From Hypanus sabinus (taxonomy: Eukaryota): 64,000 bases of DNA. Positions within the stretch are counted from its first letter, which is position 1. The number at the start of each line of letters is the position of its first letter. The notes beneath the pieces are model-generated. The model was not told the origin of the DNA, did not search any database, and was given only the letters and a program-made list of their open reading frames with translations. A program made the translations under genes and the position numbers. Positions 23,601-37,700 of this stretch are shown here, one piece after another. The stretch is taken from positions 149,172,001 to 149,236,000 of the forward strand of contig NC_082710.1 of the NCBI RefSeq assembly GCF_030144855.1. The letters are read 5' to 3'.

Positions 23601-26600
23601 GTACAAATCTTGAGATGTCATGTACAGTTGCATAAGGCATTGATGAGAATGCACTTGTAAATATTCTGTGCAGTTTTGGTCACATAGCTATAGGAAGGAT
23701 GCAATTTTTTTTAGAAATGATGCAGAAAAGATGCACATGCAGTTACCAGAACAGGAAGGCTTGAGTCATAAGGAGGGATTGGAGAGGCTGTGGCTGTTTT
23801 CCATGGAGCGAAGGAGACTCAGGGGTTACTTTATTGTACATTGCAAATAAGAGATGTCACAGCACTGATCTGTGGTATGTCACTAGTCACAGAATTCCAA
23901 TCAGAAAAACATCCTCCTACCTTCACTTTCTGCCTGTCATCACCCAGCCAGTTTGGACTCTTTGTCTCGGCCCCATCAATCTTCTCTCTTGCTTCTCTCA
24001 ATAACCGGGGTATATCCCAACAGATCCCATGGACTCCTCCACTTTCATGTTATTGAAGAGACCCAATACATCCTCTTCCTTGAAATCCCCAGCATTGCAG
24101 CATGTTGCACGATTATCTACTGGTGCTGGGTACTATGGTTGTATAGTGGTTAGTGTGATATTAATCACAGCTCAGAGTGTCAGAGTTTGGAGTTCATTCC
24201 TAGATCCTCTGCAAGGAGTTTATACTCCCCATGGAATGCCTGGGTTTTCTCTGGGTGCTCCGGTTTCCTGCCACAGTCCAAAGACGTACTGGTTAGTGGG
24301 TTAATTGGTCATTGTAAATTGTCCAGTGATTAGGTTTAGGCCAGTGTTAAAATCAGGGTTTGCTGATGGTGGCTCAAAGGGCTATTTGCGCAGTATCGAT
24401 AAATAATTAAATAAAGTGAAGAAGATTATCGAAATTTTCAGAGGGATCATGATCAACAGGGTAAATGGTTCATGGACTGTAAATTAGTTCAGACAAGTAC
24501 TAGGTTAAGCAACTTAGAAAATCAAATCCAGGCACGACTTTCAAGATGAACGGTTGGGAGTGTTGTAGAAGAGGTACCAAGGTCTTCAGCTATATAGTTC
24601 TCTGAAAGTGGCATCACAGGTAGATAGGTGGCAAAGAAGGGTTTTGGCAAGTTCACCTTCATCAGTCAAGGCACTGAGTATGGAAGTTGATTTATTATTT
24701 GCAGGACATTAGTGCAGATTCATTTGGATTATTGTGATCTGTTCTGGTCAATCTGCTTCAGGAAAGAAGCCATTAAGTTATAATGCAGCAGAAGTGAGTT
24801 ATGAGCATGTTCCTTGGGCTGTAAGGACTGGTACGGAGAGTGGTTGAATGGCTTGGGTCTTTTGTCGTTGAAGATTAGGGGAATGAGGGGTGATCTTGTC
24901 AAAGTGTGTAATGAACAGGATAGATAAAGGAGGGTGCTGTGTACATGGATTTTCAGAAGAACTTTGACAAGGTGCCTCATGAGGCTGTTTAACAAGAGCC
25001 CATGGTATAACAGGCAAGGTACTAGCATAGATCGAGTATTGACTGATTGGCAGGAGGCTAGGAGTGGGAAAGAAGGGAGCCTTTCCTTATTGGCTACCAG
25101 TGTCTAGTGTTGTTCTGTAGGGGTTAGTGTTCGAACTGCTTCTTGTTATGTTGTGTGTCAGTGATTTGGTAACGGAATTGATGGCTTTGTGTTCAAGTTT
25201 GCAGATGATATGAAAATAAGTGGAGGGGCAGGTAGTGTTGAAGATGCAGGGAGGCTGCAGAAGGACTTGGATTAGGAGAATGGACAGATGGAATATAGTG
25301 TTGGGAAGTCTATGGTCATACACTTTGGTAGAAAGAATAAAAGCATAGACTATTTTCCAAATGGAGAGAAATTTCCAAAATCTGAGGTGCAAAGGGACTT
25401 GGGGGTCCTTGTGCAGGATTCCCTAAAGGTTAATTTGCAGGTTGAGTCAATGGTGAGGAAGGCAACTGCAAAGTGAGTGTTTGTTTCAAGAGTACTAGAA
25501 CATAACAGCAAGGATGTAGTGCTGAGCCTTTAAGAAGCACAGGTGAGGCCTTGTTTACAGTACTGTGAGCAGTTTTTGACCCCTTATTTAAGAAAGGATG
25601 TAATGACGTTGATGAGGGTTCAGAGGAGGTTCACAAGAGTGATGAAATGGCAGAGCAGACTTGGGCCTAATTCTGCTCCTATGTCTTATGGTGACATCTT
25701 AATACCCACAGACTTTTTCTTGGGGTTGGGTACTCACGATCTGAGGGCAAAAGTTTAAGGTGGGAGTGAAGAGATGTTGCCAAAGGGCAACGACGTCCCC
25801 CAATAGATGGTTCATCTTTACCAAAGGTGGTCCTAGATGAAGTGGTTGAGGCAGGTACTTTAACAACATTTAAAAGGTACTTTGATAGATACGTGGATTG
25901 GAAAAGTTCATCGTGAAAGAAGTAGTTTTGTGAACCATCTGGAGGATGTTGCCCTCGGTCGAGTTGTTCACTAGCATCATTTTCTTTAGGGGAAGATGGA
26001 AAAGGCTGATGAATGGGACACTTGGGATAGGAGTTTTAATTGGGCTGAAGGGCCTGTTTCTGAAATGTGTGACTCTGACTCCTCAACCGCATGTATTCTA
26101 ATTCCTACCCTCACTGGCACAGAGTAATTCAGTGCAACTGTAAGAGATCCTGCTTTTTGCCTTCTGCCAGATCTCCATAAATACTTTCTGCAGGACCACA
26201 CCTCTCTGCCTATTTCTTTGGTACCAGCACCTAACATGACCTCTGACTTTTCAACCTCCCCCTTCAAAACATGACACTTCCCTGACCCTGGCACCAGGGA
26301 GGCATCTCACCTTCCTGGGCTCAGCTTGAGAAGCACTTGTTTTTACCCCTCTGTAACGATCCCTCCACCACTAACACGCAACATGAATTTTCCCTCCTCT
26401 GCTGTGTGTCATAGTCAGCAGTGGTACCACAATTTTGGCAGTTGTCACTGTTTCTCTGTGAGAGATTACTCCCCCAGCAGTGTCTGATATGGTATACGTG
26501 TTTGAGAGGGCAGTGACCACTGAGTGTCCTAGACACTACCTCCCTGTCCTTACCGCCCAACCTGGCGGTTGTGTTGGCGTGTGGCCAAGTGGTTAAGATG

Positions 26601-29600
26601 TTTGGTGATCTGAAGGTCTCTAGTTCGAGCCTTGGCTGAGAGTGTGTTGTGTCCTTCAGCAAGGCACTTAACCACACACTGCTCTGCGACGACACCGGTG
26701 CCGAGCTGCATGGGACCTAATACTCTTCCCTTGGACAACATTGGTGCTGTGGAGAGGGGAGACTTGCAGCCTGGGCAATTGTCGATCTTCCATAAAGAAA
26801 ATCTTGTCTAGGCTTGCGGCCTGGAAACTTTCCAAGGCACAAATCCATGGTCTATCGATACTAACAGACCCGTACCGCCCTACCTGGTGGTCACCCACCT
26901 CCTCCTCCTGGACCTGTGATGTGACCAGATCACTAAGTGAACCTTTTACCACATTCTCTGCATCTAAAATGCCCCAGAGTCCAGCAGCTGTGTTTGTTCT
27001 GCCATGAACTGTGGTTGGACACATGTCCCACAGTGTTAATGGTGAGTGGGAATGTCTCTGTACTCACACATCCTTCAGGAGGGACAGACCAATGTCCTCA
27101 CCTCCCCAGTCTCCCCTGAAAGAATAGGTGATTGTTTGCTCCAGTTGTCCATCAAAACATCTGTGAGATGTCATTTGCCTCATTGACCAACACAATCTGA
27201 GGATGTTTTGGGGGAAGCCCTCAAGTGTTACTTTGCTTCTGGTCAGTGTCCCCTCTGATCTGTAATGACCAGTCTGCTCAAAAATCTGGTGCTGGGCAAG
27301 TTTTTGCCCAGTGATAATGACACTGAATTTTTCAGTGGAAGTAAGCCTGAAGGTATTCTGAGGATAATAAATTGCCAAGTTCTGTTTGTTGTTCAAAATA
27401 ATACACATCACTGAGTTTTATTTCTCATATACAATAGCCAGTTCTGAAATCTGCAGACAAATCGTCACAAACACCAGGTTGTCAACACCGTCCACATCAG
27501 AAACCGGAAAAGGAAAAGTAATTGTGTACCATTATGAAATATACTTAATGTTCCAACCCTTTGCGCACAATTAAAATTCCTTTGTGTGCGAGTAGCAAAA
27601 TTAGACCTTAAAGAGAACATTTAATGCCAACATAGCATGCCCAAAACGTATAGCCTGTATGTCTATGGCATGTGGGAGGAAACTGGAGTTTCTGGTTGAA
27701 ACTCAAACATTCATGGGGAGAATGTACAAACTCCTTGCAGAGTTTAGCTGGAATTGAACCCAGATCCTTGACACTATAAAGTGCTTTGCTAACCGCTATA
27801 TTACTGTGCAATTCCTTTACCAAAGGCCAAATGTTACAGAATGGCCGCACCCTCTTTTCCTACCCTTCCTATTGCTTTCCTCCACCAGTGATGCCTCAAA
27901 TTCCTCCTATTTACTGTTGCCTCTGGTACTGTTGACTGAGTGACATCCTGTCCATCAATGGAGAATATGTCCTGCTCTTAGATCCTCTCTCTGCTTTGAG
28001 TGTGGCTCCTGGGGTGAGGGGTCAGTCCTGATTCACCAGTTTTGTGATCCCGATTCTCTCAGGGGTTTGAGGTGGACCCCAGTGTCTCAAGTTGCTGGTT
28101 TCAGGCATAGGTCCTTCCTGAAATTTGGACTCCCAGCCCCTCTAACTCTCTGCTCTGGTTCCAGGCTCTCACTCTCTCCGTTATTTCTACACGGGGGTGA
28201 CCCCGGGGTCAGGGGTCCCTGAGTTCATTACCGTCGGGTATGTGGATGAAGAGTCAATCGATCACTACGACAGTGAGTTGGGGAAGGCAGTTCCCCGTCA
28301 GCAGTGGATGGCAGAGAGTCAGGGACCCGACTACTGGGAACGGAACACACAGATCTATAAGGAATGGGAGCAGTGGTTCAAGGCCAACATCCCGATCGCC
28401 ATGAGCCGGACCAACCAGTCAGGGGGTGAGTGGTGAACAACGTGGAAAGTGGGGGTGATGGTAGGGACTGGGCATGGGGTTGTTATGGGGGGTAATGATA
28501 AGGATTGTGGGGGGTAATTGAAGATTGTAAGGGGGGGATGGGGTAACTGGGGATTGTGGGGGTGACTGGGTAACTGGGGTTGGGGGACAGGGATAACTGA
28601 GGGGTGTGGTAAGTCTGGGGATGTGGGGACATGGGGTAACCGTGAGGATTGTGGAGGGGACGGGTGAAACTGAGGATTGTGGGAGGACGGGTTAACTGAG
28701 GATTGTGGGAGGACGGGTTAACTGAGGATTGTGGAGTGTCATGAAAATTTAACCTTAGGTGAAAAGAATACTTGACCCCTGAGTCTTGTTTCAGGACCTT
28801 TGTTTTACTTGAAATCAAGGAGAGAGAGCTGGTCTCCACCAGACCCAACTCTACTCTCCTGTTATAATAGCGTTGTTTTATACAGTTGAGCATAGTAACA
28901 GCAGACTTACTATAAATTATTGTATAGGGCTATTACCACAGTAACAGTATTTTACCGTTCACTGAAAAAAAACTTAGAGAATGGCACAGTTACAAGTTAA
29001 ACATATCTTGCAGAGCTCAGCACATTAGTTTCTGTTTCTCTGGTCGCAGCAGATTAGACTCAAACATTATCTTGCAAGAGTTAGCATGTAATGTTCTCTG
29101 TTTGCACATAATGCTTTTTGCTTTGCCTCCACTCCTTTTTGATCTTCTAGATCAACACTCATATTGTTTACCCTATTCACATTTGTATTCTCTCATTGAG
29201 TCTCTCTCTAGGAGGGGCCTCGTAACCCTCAGAAAAGGGGTGCAATTTCAGACATTCCTCCTCCTCGTAGCTGTCACTACTGTCCTCTTCCTCCTCCCCT
29301 TCTCTGGAGGTACCAGGCCTTCCTGTTGGTCTTCGTACATACATGGGGGCCAGAGTCATTGGGCCAGGCCCTCTGGAGGGTAGTAGGGCACAGAGGAATC
29401 TCGTGGCCAGTAAACAAATGACCACAATTACAAGTATTATAAGCAGGCTAGTGGCATCAGTGTTGGACTTCGGAGTGAAGGCTCCCGAGTTTGAATCCAG
29501 CCGGCTCCCTAGTATGCTTTTCATCCATGCTGGGCTGAGCGCCAAGCTAGCAACTCGGCCTTGTAAAAATAAGAAAGCCTGCTAAAAAAAAAACCCGTCA

Positions 29601-31702
29601 TGACAGCGTCCCTGTGACTCCACTTGGAGTTAAGGGCTTTCTTCTTCTTCTACAAATATTATCCCATAATGTACCACCAGCCACCATTCTCCCCGAGGTG
29701 GGTTATAGTTGCGGAACTGCCTGCTAACCTGTTTTATTTTAGTCATTGATTTCTTCATGATCTGCAAGATTAGTGATGGTGTGGCTCCTTTCACTCGACT
29801 CGGCAGCTGAACAGGTGCTATTCACTCAAGTTCACTCCAGTCTGTTGTTCCTTGTTAGTGTTAAGGTTGGGTTGGGGTTAGGATTGGATGTATCCAGTCG
29901 GATGGCATTTGCTACCTTCTGTAGTGAGGAGAATGCCGTCCTCCCTCTGAGTGGTGGCAGCCCCAGCGGTGATCATTGAAAAATCCATCCCTAGAGTGCT
30001 TGAGTGGCGTGAATCCAGTCGGGTTTTCCTTCTCCCTTCATTGTGGTCCAAGTGACCAACCGGACTGATAGGATCCTCTCCAACTAGGAGAGAAAGAATC
30101 TTTTATCATAGTTTGAACGTATACCCAGCCCCCTGGTTTGAAAGGGTACACATTTCCTTCAGAGAATTTGGACATCCCTCACTTTGCTGTTTAGCTTTTC
30201 CACCTGGGGACACAGTGCTTGTGCATATTTTAGGGTTTTTCATCGTTCCAGATCAAAGCCACTCTCTCCGGTGTCATCGGGAGCTTCAGCCCCGTTGTCA
30301 TTGGTCTACCCATGAATATTTCGTCTCGGGTGAACCCCATACTCCTATTCTTCCGGTTTTGCAAAGCATCCATTACCGGAGGCAAATCCTCTGACAGTTT
30401 AAGATCATTCTGCTGACACACCTAGCCTGGCGCATTTCTTGGGGTTGATAGGGAATCTGTAATTTCCACTGAAATCCCAGGGTGACTTTCAGCCCTTTCA
30501 CTAATCTGTTAGTAAAATGAGTTCCCCTGTCACTATTAATGCACAGTGGAATCCCAATTCTTGGTAGGATTTCCTTCATTGGGGCATTCACTACTGTGCT
30601 GGCATCATCCTTCCTGCCCGGGAATGCCTCCACCCACTGAGAGAACATCTCTCTTACCACCAATAGAGCAGCGGCCCTGGCTGAGGCGGATACTGGTTGC
30701 CAGCAGTACAATACTGCAGTATCATGACAACCATCCACTCTTCCTTCCAGTGAGCTTTAACATCTGCGGGAGATCCACATAAATGGCATCAGATCGACAG
30801 TACAAGGTCGCACCTAACTTACAATCCCTTATCTCACGCAAGTTACATGTTCCAACATAGGGCCAATCTCCTTGTGACCACCCGTACAGGTCACTACTAA
30901 ACGTTACCCCGTATCGATCATCCCGTTTCACGTATTACTGTATCGGCCGGCGATCCGGGCGGTACCAGGGTCCCCAATTAATTTTCGATGCTCTCTTACC
31001 TTCTCGAGTGCTTCTCCATCTTTTTACCGACTCTCAAGGTTCCTTCATCAGCAGGACCAGCATTACCTGATCGACCGCTGCCGTTCCCATCCTTCTTGCC
31101 TTTTTCTCTTCTTCCTGTCAGCAGAGTGGTTTAATTTTCATGTCCCCCAAACCCCAGTTTCCCTTTGAGTTCTCACCGGTTCACGTGATCCCTTCCCGAG
31201 CAGTGGGAGTCGAGTCGCTGCGTTCTTTATGATTTCTTCCAATTTCACCCCCTATCTTTTCCCAGTTCCCCAGGAACTGAGTGTCCGGACGGAGATAAGT
31301 AATCCCGGAGTTGTCTCTACACTGGACGGCCTCGGAATGCCTTACTCCCAGAGTTCGGTCCCTCGAGCTGTAATCACTCCTGCCAAATCTCTCACTTCTT
31401 ACAAATCTACTCAATTGCCAGATTGTGAATGTTTGGTCCCGGCTCTCCCTTTTACCGTTGGATCAGCCGGGACTTTCCCCCAGACACAAGAGTCGCAGCT
31501 GCCTTGTGCACGTTAGGATCGCGACCATCAATCGCTTTCCTTTTCTACAGGGGTTTTCCCAGCTGTCCCCCCGCTCGTATCTCATTAACGCTGGGATCCT
31601 GCCGACTTGCGCCAGATGGTCGTGGAAATTTGACCTTCGGAGGGTGAAAGGAATGCTCGACTCCAGAGTCTGGTTTCGGGACCTTTATTTTACTTGGGAT
31701 CA

Positions 31703-31767
<65 letters not shown>

Positions 31768-34700
31768 GGTCTCCACCAGCACCCGACTGTACTCACCTGT
31801 TACAATTGTGTCCTTTCATACTGTTCAGCATAGCAACAGCAGACTTATTATAATACGTCCAATCATTGTATAGAAATATTATCACTCTGTCAATATGTTA
31901 CCATTCACTAAAGAAAACAGGGAAAAGTGAAGTTACAAGTTAAACTACCTCGCAGAGCTCAGTACATTAGCTGTTGTTTCTCTGGTTGCAGCAGATTTGA
32001 CTCGTACCTTATCCCGCAAGAGCTTGCACGTAATGTTCTGTATTTGCACAGGAGGGTCTTTGCTTTGCTGTCTCCTCGACCCTTGTCACGTAGCTTATTA
32101 ACCCTTTTCCTCCACATGGAGGGTAACTGTAGGGATTGTGGAGGGGGTGGTGACTGCGGGGGGGGGGGGTGGGTTATTGTGGGGTGATGGAGTAACTGGG
32201 GATTGTTGTGAAGGCAGAGGTAACTGGGGATTGTGGGGGGACTGGGTAACTGGTGATTGTGGGGAAGGCACCGTAAATTCCGGTGTATAAGCCGACCCCT
32301 TTTGAAGTGGATTTTGATTTAACCAGAAAAAAGTGACAAGATCTCACATGCCAGTACTCAGCTTTGCCGGATCCGGAACCTGGAAATTTTGTGAACCAGT
32401 ACCTGCTAAGAAAATAGGCCCACACATTGTAGAGCATTATAAGTGAATTCTTAATAAATAAATCAAGCAGGGAAGTTTTGGATTTGGTCTCCAATGGTAA
32501 AAAATCCTTAGAAATGTAACCCCCGTGAAACCATTTAGCGCCCACCGTAATCTCGTTAAAACGTAACACGGGGTGGCGGGATCAGGACGTGTACTCAGTA
32601 TTGAGTTTGCGACCACCACATACAAAAGATTAAAACGAATGGGATATGATGCTGGCTTCAAGCTGAAGGTTGTTGATTTTGCTAAAGGAATGAATAACCC
32701 TGCAGCTGCTAAGAAGTTTAGGGTAAAAGAGAAGCAAGTGAGAGAGTGGAGAAAGGCAGAGGACACGCTGAGGGAAATGCCAAAGGTAAAATGTGCAAAC
32801 CGCAGGAAATCATGCCAGCGGCCAGAACTGGAAGAAAAAGTTGTAGAGTGTGTGAATCACCAGCGATCGTCTGGATACGTTGTTACCAGACAAATGATTC
32901 GAGTTCAAGCGTTGAAATGGGGCGAAAAACACCGTGAGGTCAGCAAAAATTTCAAAGCTACACGAAGGTGGTGCACCCGATTTACGAATAGACGTGATCT
33001 TGTGTTGAGACAAAAAACAAAGCTTGCTCAGAAGTTGCCGAACGACCTTGAGAATAAGATTATGGCCTTCCAATCGTTTGTAATCAAGCATCGAAAGGCG
33101 CTTTCTTACCCGCTCTCACTGATTGGTAACATGGACGAGGCACCAACGTTCTTTGATTTTGCTGGCAACCGCACTGTCAATCGGACGGAAAAGTCGCTAC
33201 CTGTCTGGGACATGTTCAAAGTGCACTTGTCAGGTGAGACAAAATCAGCACTGAGCGCTGAAAATGCGGACATTGCCGTCATCCCCGGTGGTGTGACATC
33301 CATGCTCCAGCCACTAGATGTGAGTTTAAACAAACCGTTCAAAGAATTCATGAGTCGACAGTGAAGCTGCAAATGACGAAGTGGAAGCAGAAATTGACAA
33401 TCATATGATATGGTGACTGCGGAAGAATGGGACACGATTTCCTTCCGTGTATTCGTCTTTCCAAAGTTGGCATCCTCTGTATAAGCCGACCCCCTAATTT
33501 TAGGACCAAAATTTAGGGCCAAATTCTCGGCTTATACATCGGAATTTACAGTAGAAATTATCTCACAGGAGTTAGCATGTACTGTTCCCTATGTGCACAC
33601 GAGGGATTTTGCTTTGCCTCCACAAATCCCTCGTTGCTGACCTTCTAGCTCAACACTCATATCGTTTACCCTGTTCACATTCGTATTCTCTCATTGAGTC
33701 TCTCTCTAGGGGGGGCCTCATAACCCTCAGGAAAGGGGTGCAATTTCAGAAATTCCTCCTCCTCATAGCTATCACTACTGTCCTCTTCCTCCTCCCCTTC
33801 TCTAGAGGTACCAGGCCTTCCCATTGGTCTTGGTACATACATGGGGGCCAGAGTCATTGGGATCTACCCTCGGGAGGGCAGTAGGGCACAGAGGAATCTT
33901 GTGGCCAGTAAACAAATTACCACAGTTACAAATATTGTCCCATAATGTACCAGCGTCCCCCACCAATTTCCAAGCGACCACCACTCTCCCCCAGATTGGG
34001 TATAGTCGTGGATATAGTTTCTCAACTTTCTCAAATCGCTCCGTTTTGGAGATTGCCCTCTTCTTGTTTCTGCTTTCACCCTTTTCCCAGTGTGGGTGGT
34101 CTGTTAAAGAGGGGTACTTCCTAACCGGGGGTACTGCAAACCCAGGGTACCAGTCATTCTTTAGCCAGGGGTAAACTTGCTCTCCACAGATCTAAAAGGT
34201 GTTGTTTGGCAGAGGTGGGGAGTGGGGAAGGTAGTACTACTGTGGCCGGTCCAATTACTCTTCTTTTCTCCGTTCACTTACTCCATCCTGTCTTCCACAG
34301 TCCATTCTCCTTACACCAACAGGCGTCTCCTCTCTGTCTTATATACTACCATCCAAGAGTCTGAAATGTCAAGGTAACATGGGAAATAGGGTCCATTTAG
34401 CAGACCGGTTAGCCCCCTCAGTTCCATTCCCCATTCCCCTGTGCCATCTCTGCCTCGCCAGCAATGTGTCCATCCTCTGGGCCGTTGTAGGTGGTACCAC
34501 TGGGGGTAAAATTGTTCCCCACGACATGGGGCCTGCTCCTCCCATCCAAATCCTATAAGTCCCCTCCTCTTTTTTTGGTGAGGGGTATAGACACAAAGGG
34601 CATCTTCCGTCCTCCTCCGGTGTGTGCTGGTATCACCATACAGACCCAACAGCTTGTGTGGGTGGTGCTATTCACATAATCATACGCCAACTGGAGGAAG

Positions 34701-37700
34701 GTATTCTTGGATTCAACTCCGATTCCTCTGATTACAGTGGTTAATAGTCCAGTTATTAACAGTGAGTGGGACCACAAGGTGGTGTGGCTCCTTTCACTCG
34801 ACTCGGCAGCTGAACAGGTGCTGTTCACTCCAGTTCACTCAGGTCTGTTGTTCCTCTCCTTTCTCGTAGTGCCGTTTGCACCGAGGGGCGTGAATCCAGT
34901 CGGGTTTTCCTTCTCCCTTCACTGCGGTCCGAGTGACCAACCGGACTGATAGGGTCCTCTCCACCTCGGAGAGAAAGATCCTTTTGTCACAGTTCGAACA
35001 TATACCCAATCTGCTGGTTTGAAGAGGTGCACATTTCCTTCAGTCGGGAGTCTGGGCATCCCTCACTTGGCCAGGAAGCTTTTCCACCTGGGGACACAGT
35101 GCTTGTGCATATCTTAGGGTTTTTCATCATTCCAGATCAAAGCCACTCTCTCCGGTGTCATCGGGAGCTTCAGCCCCGTTGTCATTGGTCTACTCATGAA
35201 TATTTTGTGTGGGGTGAACCCCGTAATCCTATTCTTCTGGTTTTGCAAGCATCCATTACTGGAGGCAAATCCTCTGACAGTTTAAGATCATTCTGCTGAC
35301 ACACCTAGCCTGGTACATTTCTTATTTCTCCGTTTACCCTTTCCATCATTCCCGAGGATTGGGATTGATAGGGAATGTGTAACTTCCACTGAAATCCCAG
35401 GGCGACTTTCAGCCCTTGCACTAATCTGTTAGTAAAATGAGTTCCCCTGTCACTATTAATGCAGAATGGAATCCCAAATCTTGGTAGGATTTCCTTCATT
35501 AGGGCATTCACTACTGTGCTGGCATCATCCTTCCTGCCCGGGAATGCCTCCACCCACTGAGAGAACATCTCTCTTACCCCCAATATATACTTGTGGCCTT
35601 TCTGCACTGAGATACGCACAAAGTCTATCTGTAAGTTTCCAAACGGCATTTCTGTCTGGGACAAATGATCATAGTTTGCTGGAGTCTTCCCTTTACTGTT
35701 CTGCTGACCGTGCATGTCCGTGCGACCCTCTCGACTGTGACAGTTATCCCAGGGGCTTACCATTGCTGACGAGTCGCACGGTGCGTCCCTTCCTTGCCCA
35801 TGTGAGTCTGGCCATGGGGCGAGCAAGCCGGGGTGAAAACAAGCTTTGGGGGCAAACAACACGCCCACCAGGGTGGCAGCTTCTGTCCACGCGCACTTTT
35901 CTTGTGGTGTGGCAAGATCTTGGGCTTGTTGCAATCTGTCGATCCTGATGGCAGTGAGGAGCTGTCCCTCCCCTGTTGCCACCCAGGGGGGTGTGGGGGG
36001 GGCTGTAATATCGGCTGCTGCTGGAGCACCACCTACTTCACTGTTGTGTCAGTGAAATGATTCCCTTTGGAGACCTCGTCTCCTGCCGAGGTCTGTGCCT
36101 CACATTTAATGATGGCTCAGGCTGCGGCAACTGGATGGCCTCCAACAAGTTAATAACCAGTTGAGAATGTTTGATAGGTTTTCCAAAGGAGGTATTGAAT
36201 CCTCTGTTCTTCCAGAGCTGTCCAGAATCATGGGCTACTCTCAGCTATAACAGGAATCAGTGTCAATGTTCACAGTCTGGCCTGAGGCCGAGTGGTTCTG
36301 CTCCCTGTGTGGACGTTCCGTTTGGCAGGGCGTCAAGCCTCTACAATCTCATTGGCAAAATGCTGTGTGGCGGCAGAATTGAGGAGCAGGGTCACGGCAC
36401 GGGGTACCAACACAACACAGGGGGGATCAAGCACTCTGGGGATGGGTTTTTCAATCATCACGGGTGGGGCTGCCACCACTCGGAGGAAGGAGGGCACTCC
36501 CCTCACTACGGCAGGTAGGAAGGCGGAGTAATAGGCTGCTGGTCGCTTGCCACCCCGGTATTTTTGGCATTTTACTCCGGTAGCAAGTCCTTCCTTCTTG
36601 TTAAAGTACAGCAGGAAAGGCTTCTCAGAGTCAGGTAGGCCCAGGGCTGGCGCCTCACGAAGGGCATCTTTCCGTGTATCCCTGGGGCAATCGGGACCAT
36701 TTACACTGCAGGTTCTTGTAGGTGAAAGTGAATAGGTACTGGCTGTCAGCATGTAGAGGTATAGAAAAATCCAGAACGTAAGTCTATGACAGTGAAGGTA
36801 CTGGCGGAGGTGCGTGTAGAAGTGAGGATGATGTTGGTATTGGGGATCAGTGGGGCAATGGGGATAACGATCTAATTGGGTCCTGCACGAATCGCCATTC
36901 GTTCTCCCTCCCTGGTTTCAGAATCAGAAGGGTGTAACATCTGTAGCAGGTGTTACAGGCACAATGCCTTCCTCTGCCTGAGCTGTCAGGCAATATTGTT
37001 TCACGCAGGGCAGGAGGGATCCCTTCTTGAGGGTCACCTGTTGTTCTGGAGCCGTGCGCACCAGACCGACGTGGTTCTCATGTAGGGCCCACAGTCCCGT
37101 GTTAACGCCGGCGAGAGCTTTCAGGTAGAGCAGCGGCCCTGGCTGAGGCGGACACTGTCGCTGGAATAATGCATTTAACAGTAATCCTTCCTGTCTGCCT
37201 GTCAAAGATCTCGATGGTGAGCGTAATCGCTCCCGGGATTAGAACAGAGATTGTATGGACTGGGTGTGAAATTTGTGACAGACGGTGCACCGTAGGTCCA
37301 ATGTGCTTTGGTTTAGCGGTGGGGGGAGCTTACAGCCACTGTGATGTGGAGTCCACAGGACCCCTGTGAGAGAGCCCCTCTGTTTTCCATCTGTCTCACT
37401 GTTGTTTAGTTCTACTGCTACTCCCAGCCCTTCGGTGCTGAGGAACAGAAAGGGCCCAGTACTCAAGGTCCCCGTGCCTCCCACACAGGGGGGCTGCCAG
37501 CTCATCGTAGGTGGGATCTGTGCCCTGCCTGGAGAAAGCGGTGCAGTGAAGCACCTTGCTTTCCTGTCTGGTTTCGAGGAGGTGTTGCAAATACTGTCCT
37601 TGCAAGTCAGGGGAATCCCTCAGTGCTGTACACGGTGTTTGTACGAGCGGGGAGAAAGGGTTGCAACCCGGTTGCCAGCAGTACAATACTGCAGTATCAT

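Noticed and set aside
26575-26650. tRNA gene
   Set aside because: Boxes A and B are present, but there is no full cloverleaf and it continues into a SINE body. The same applies to 24135 and 29440.
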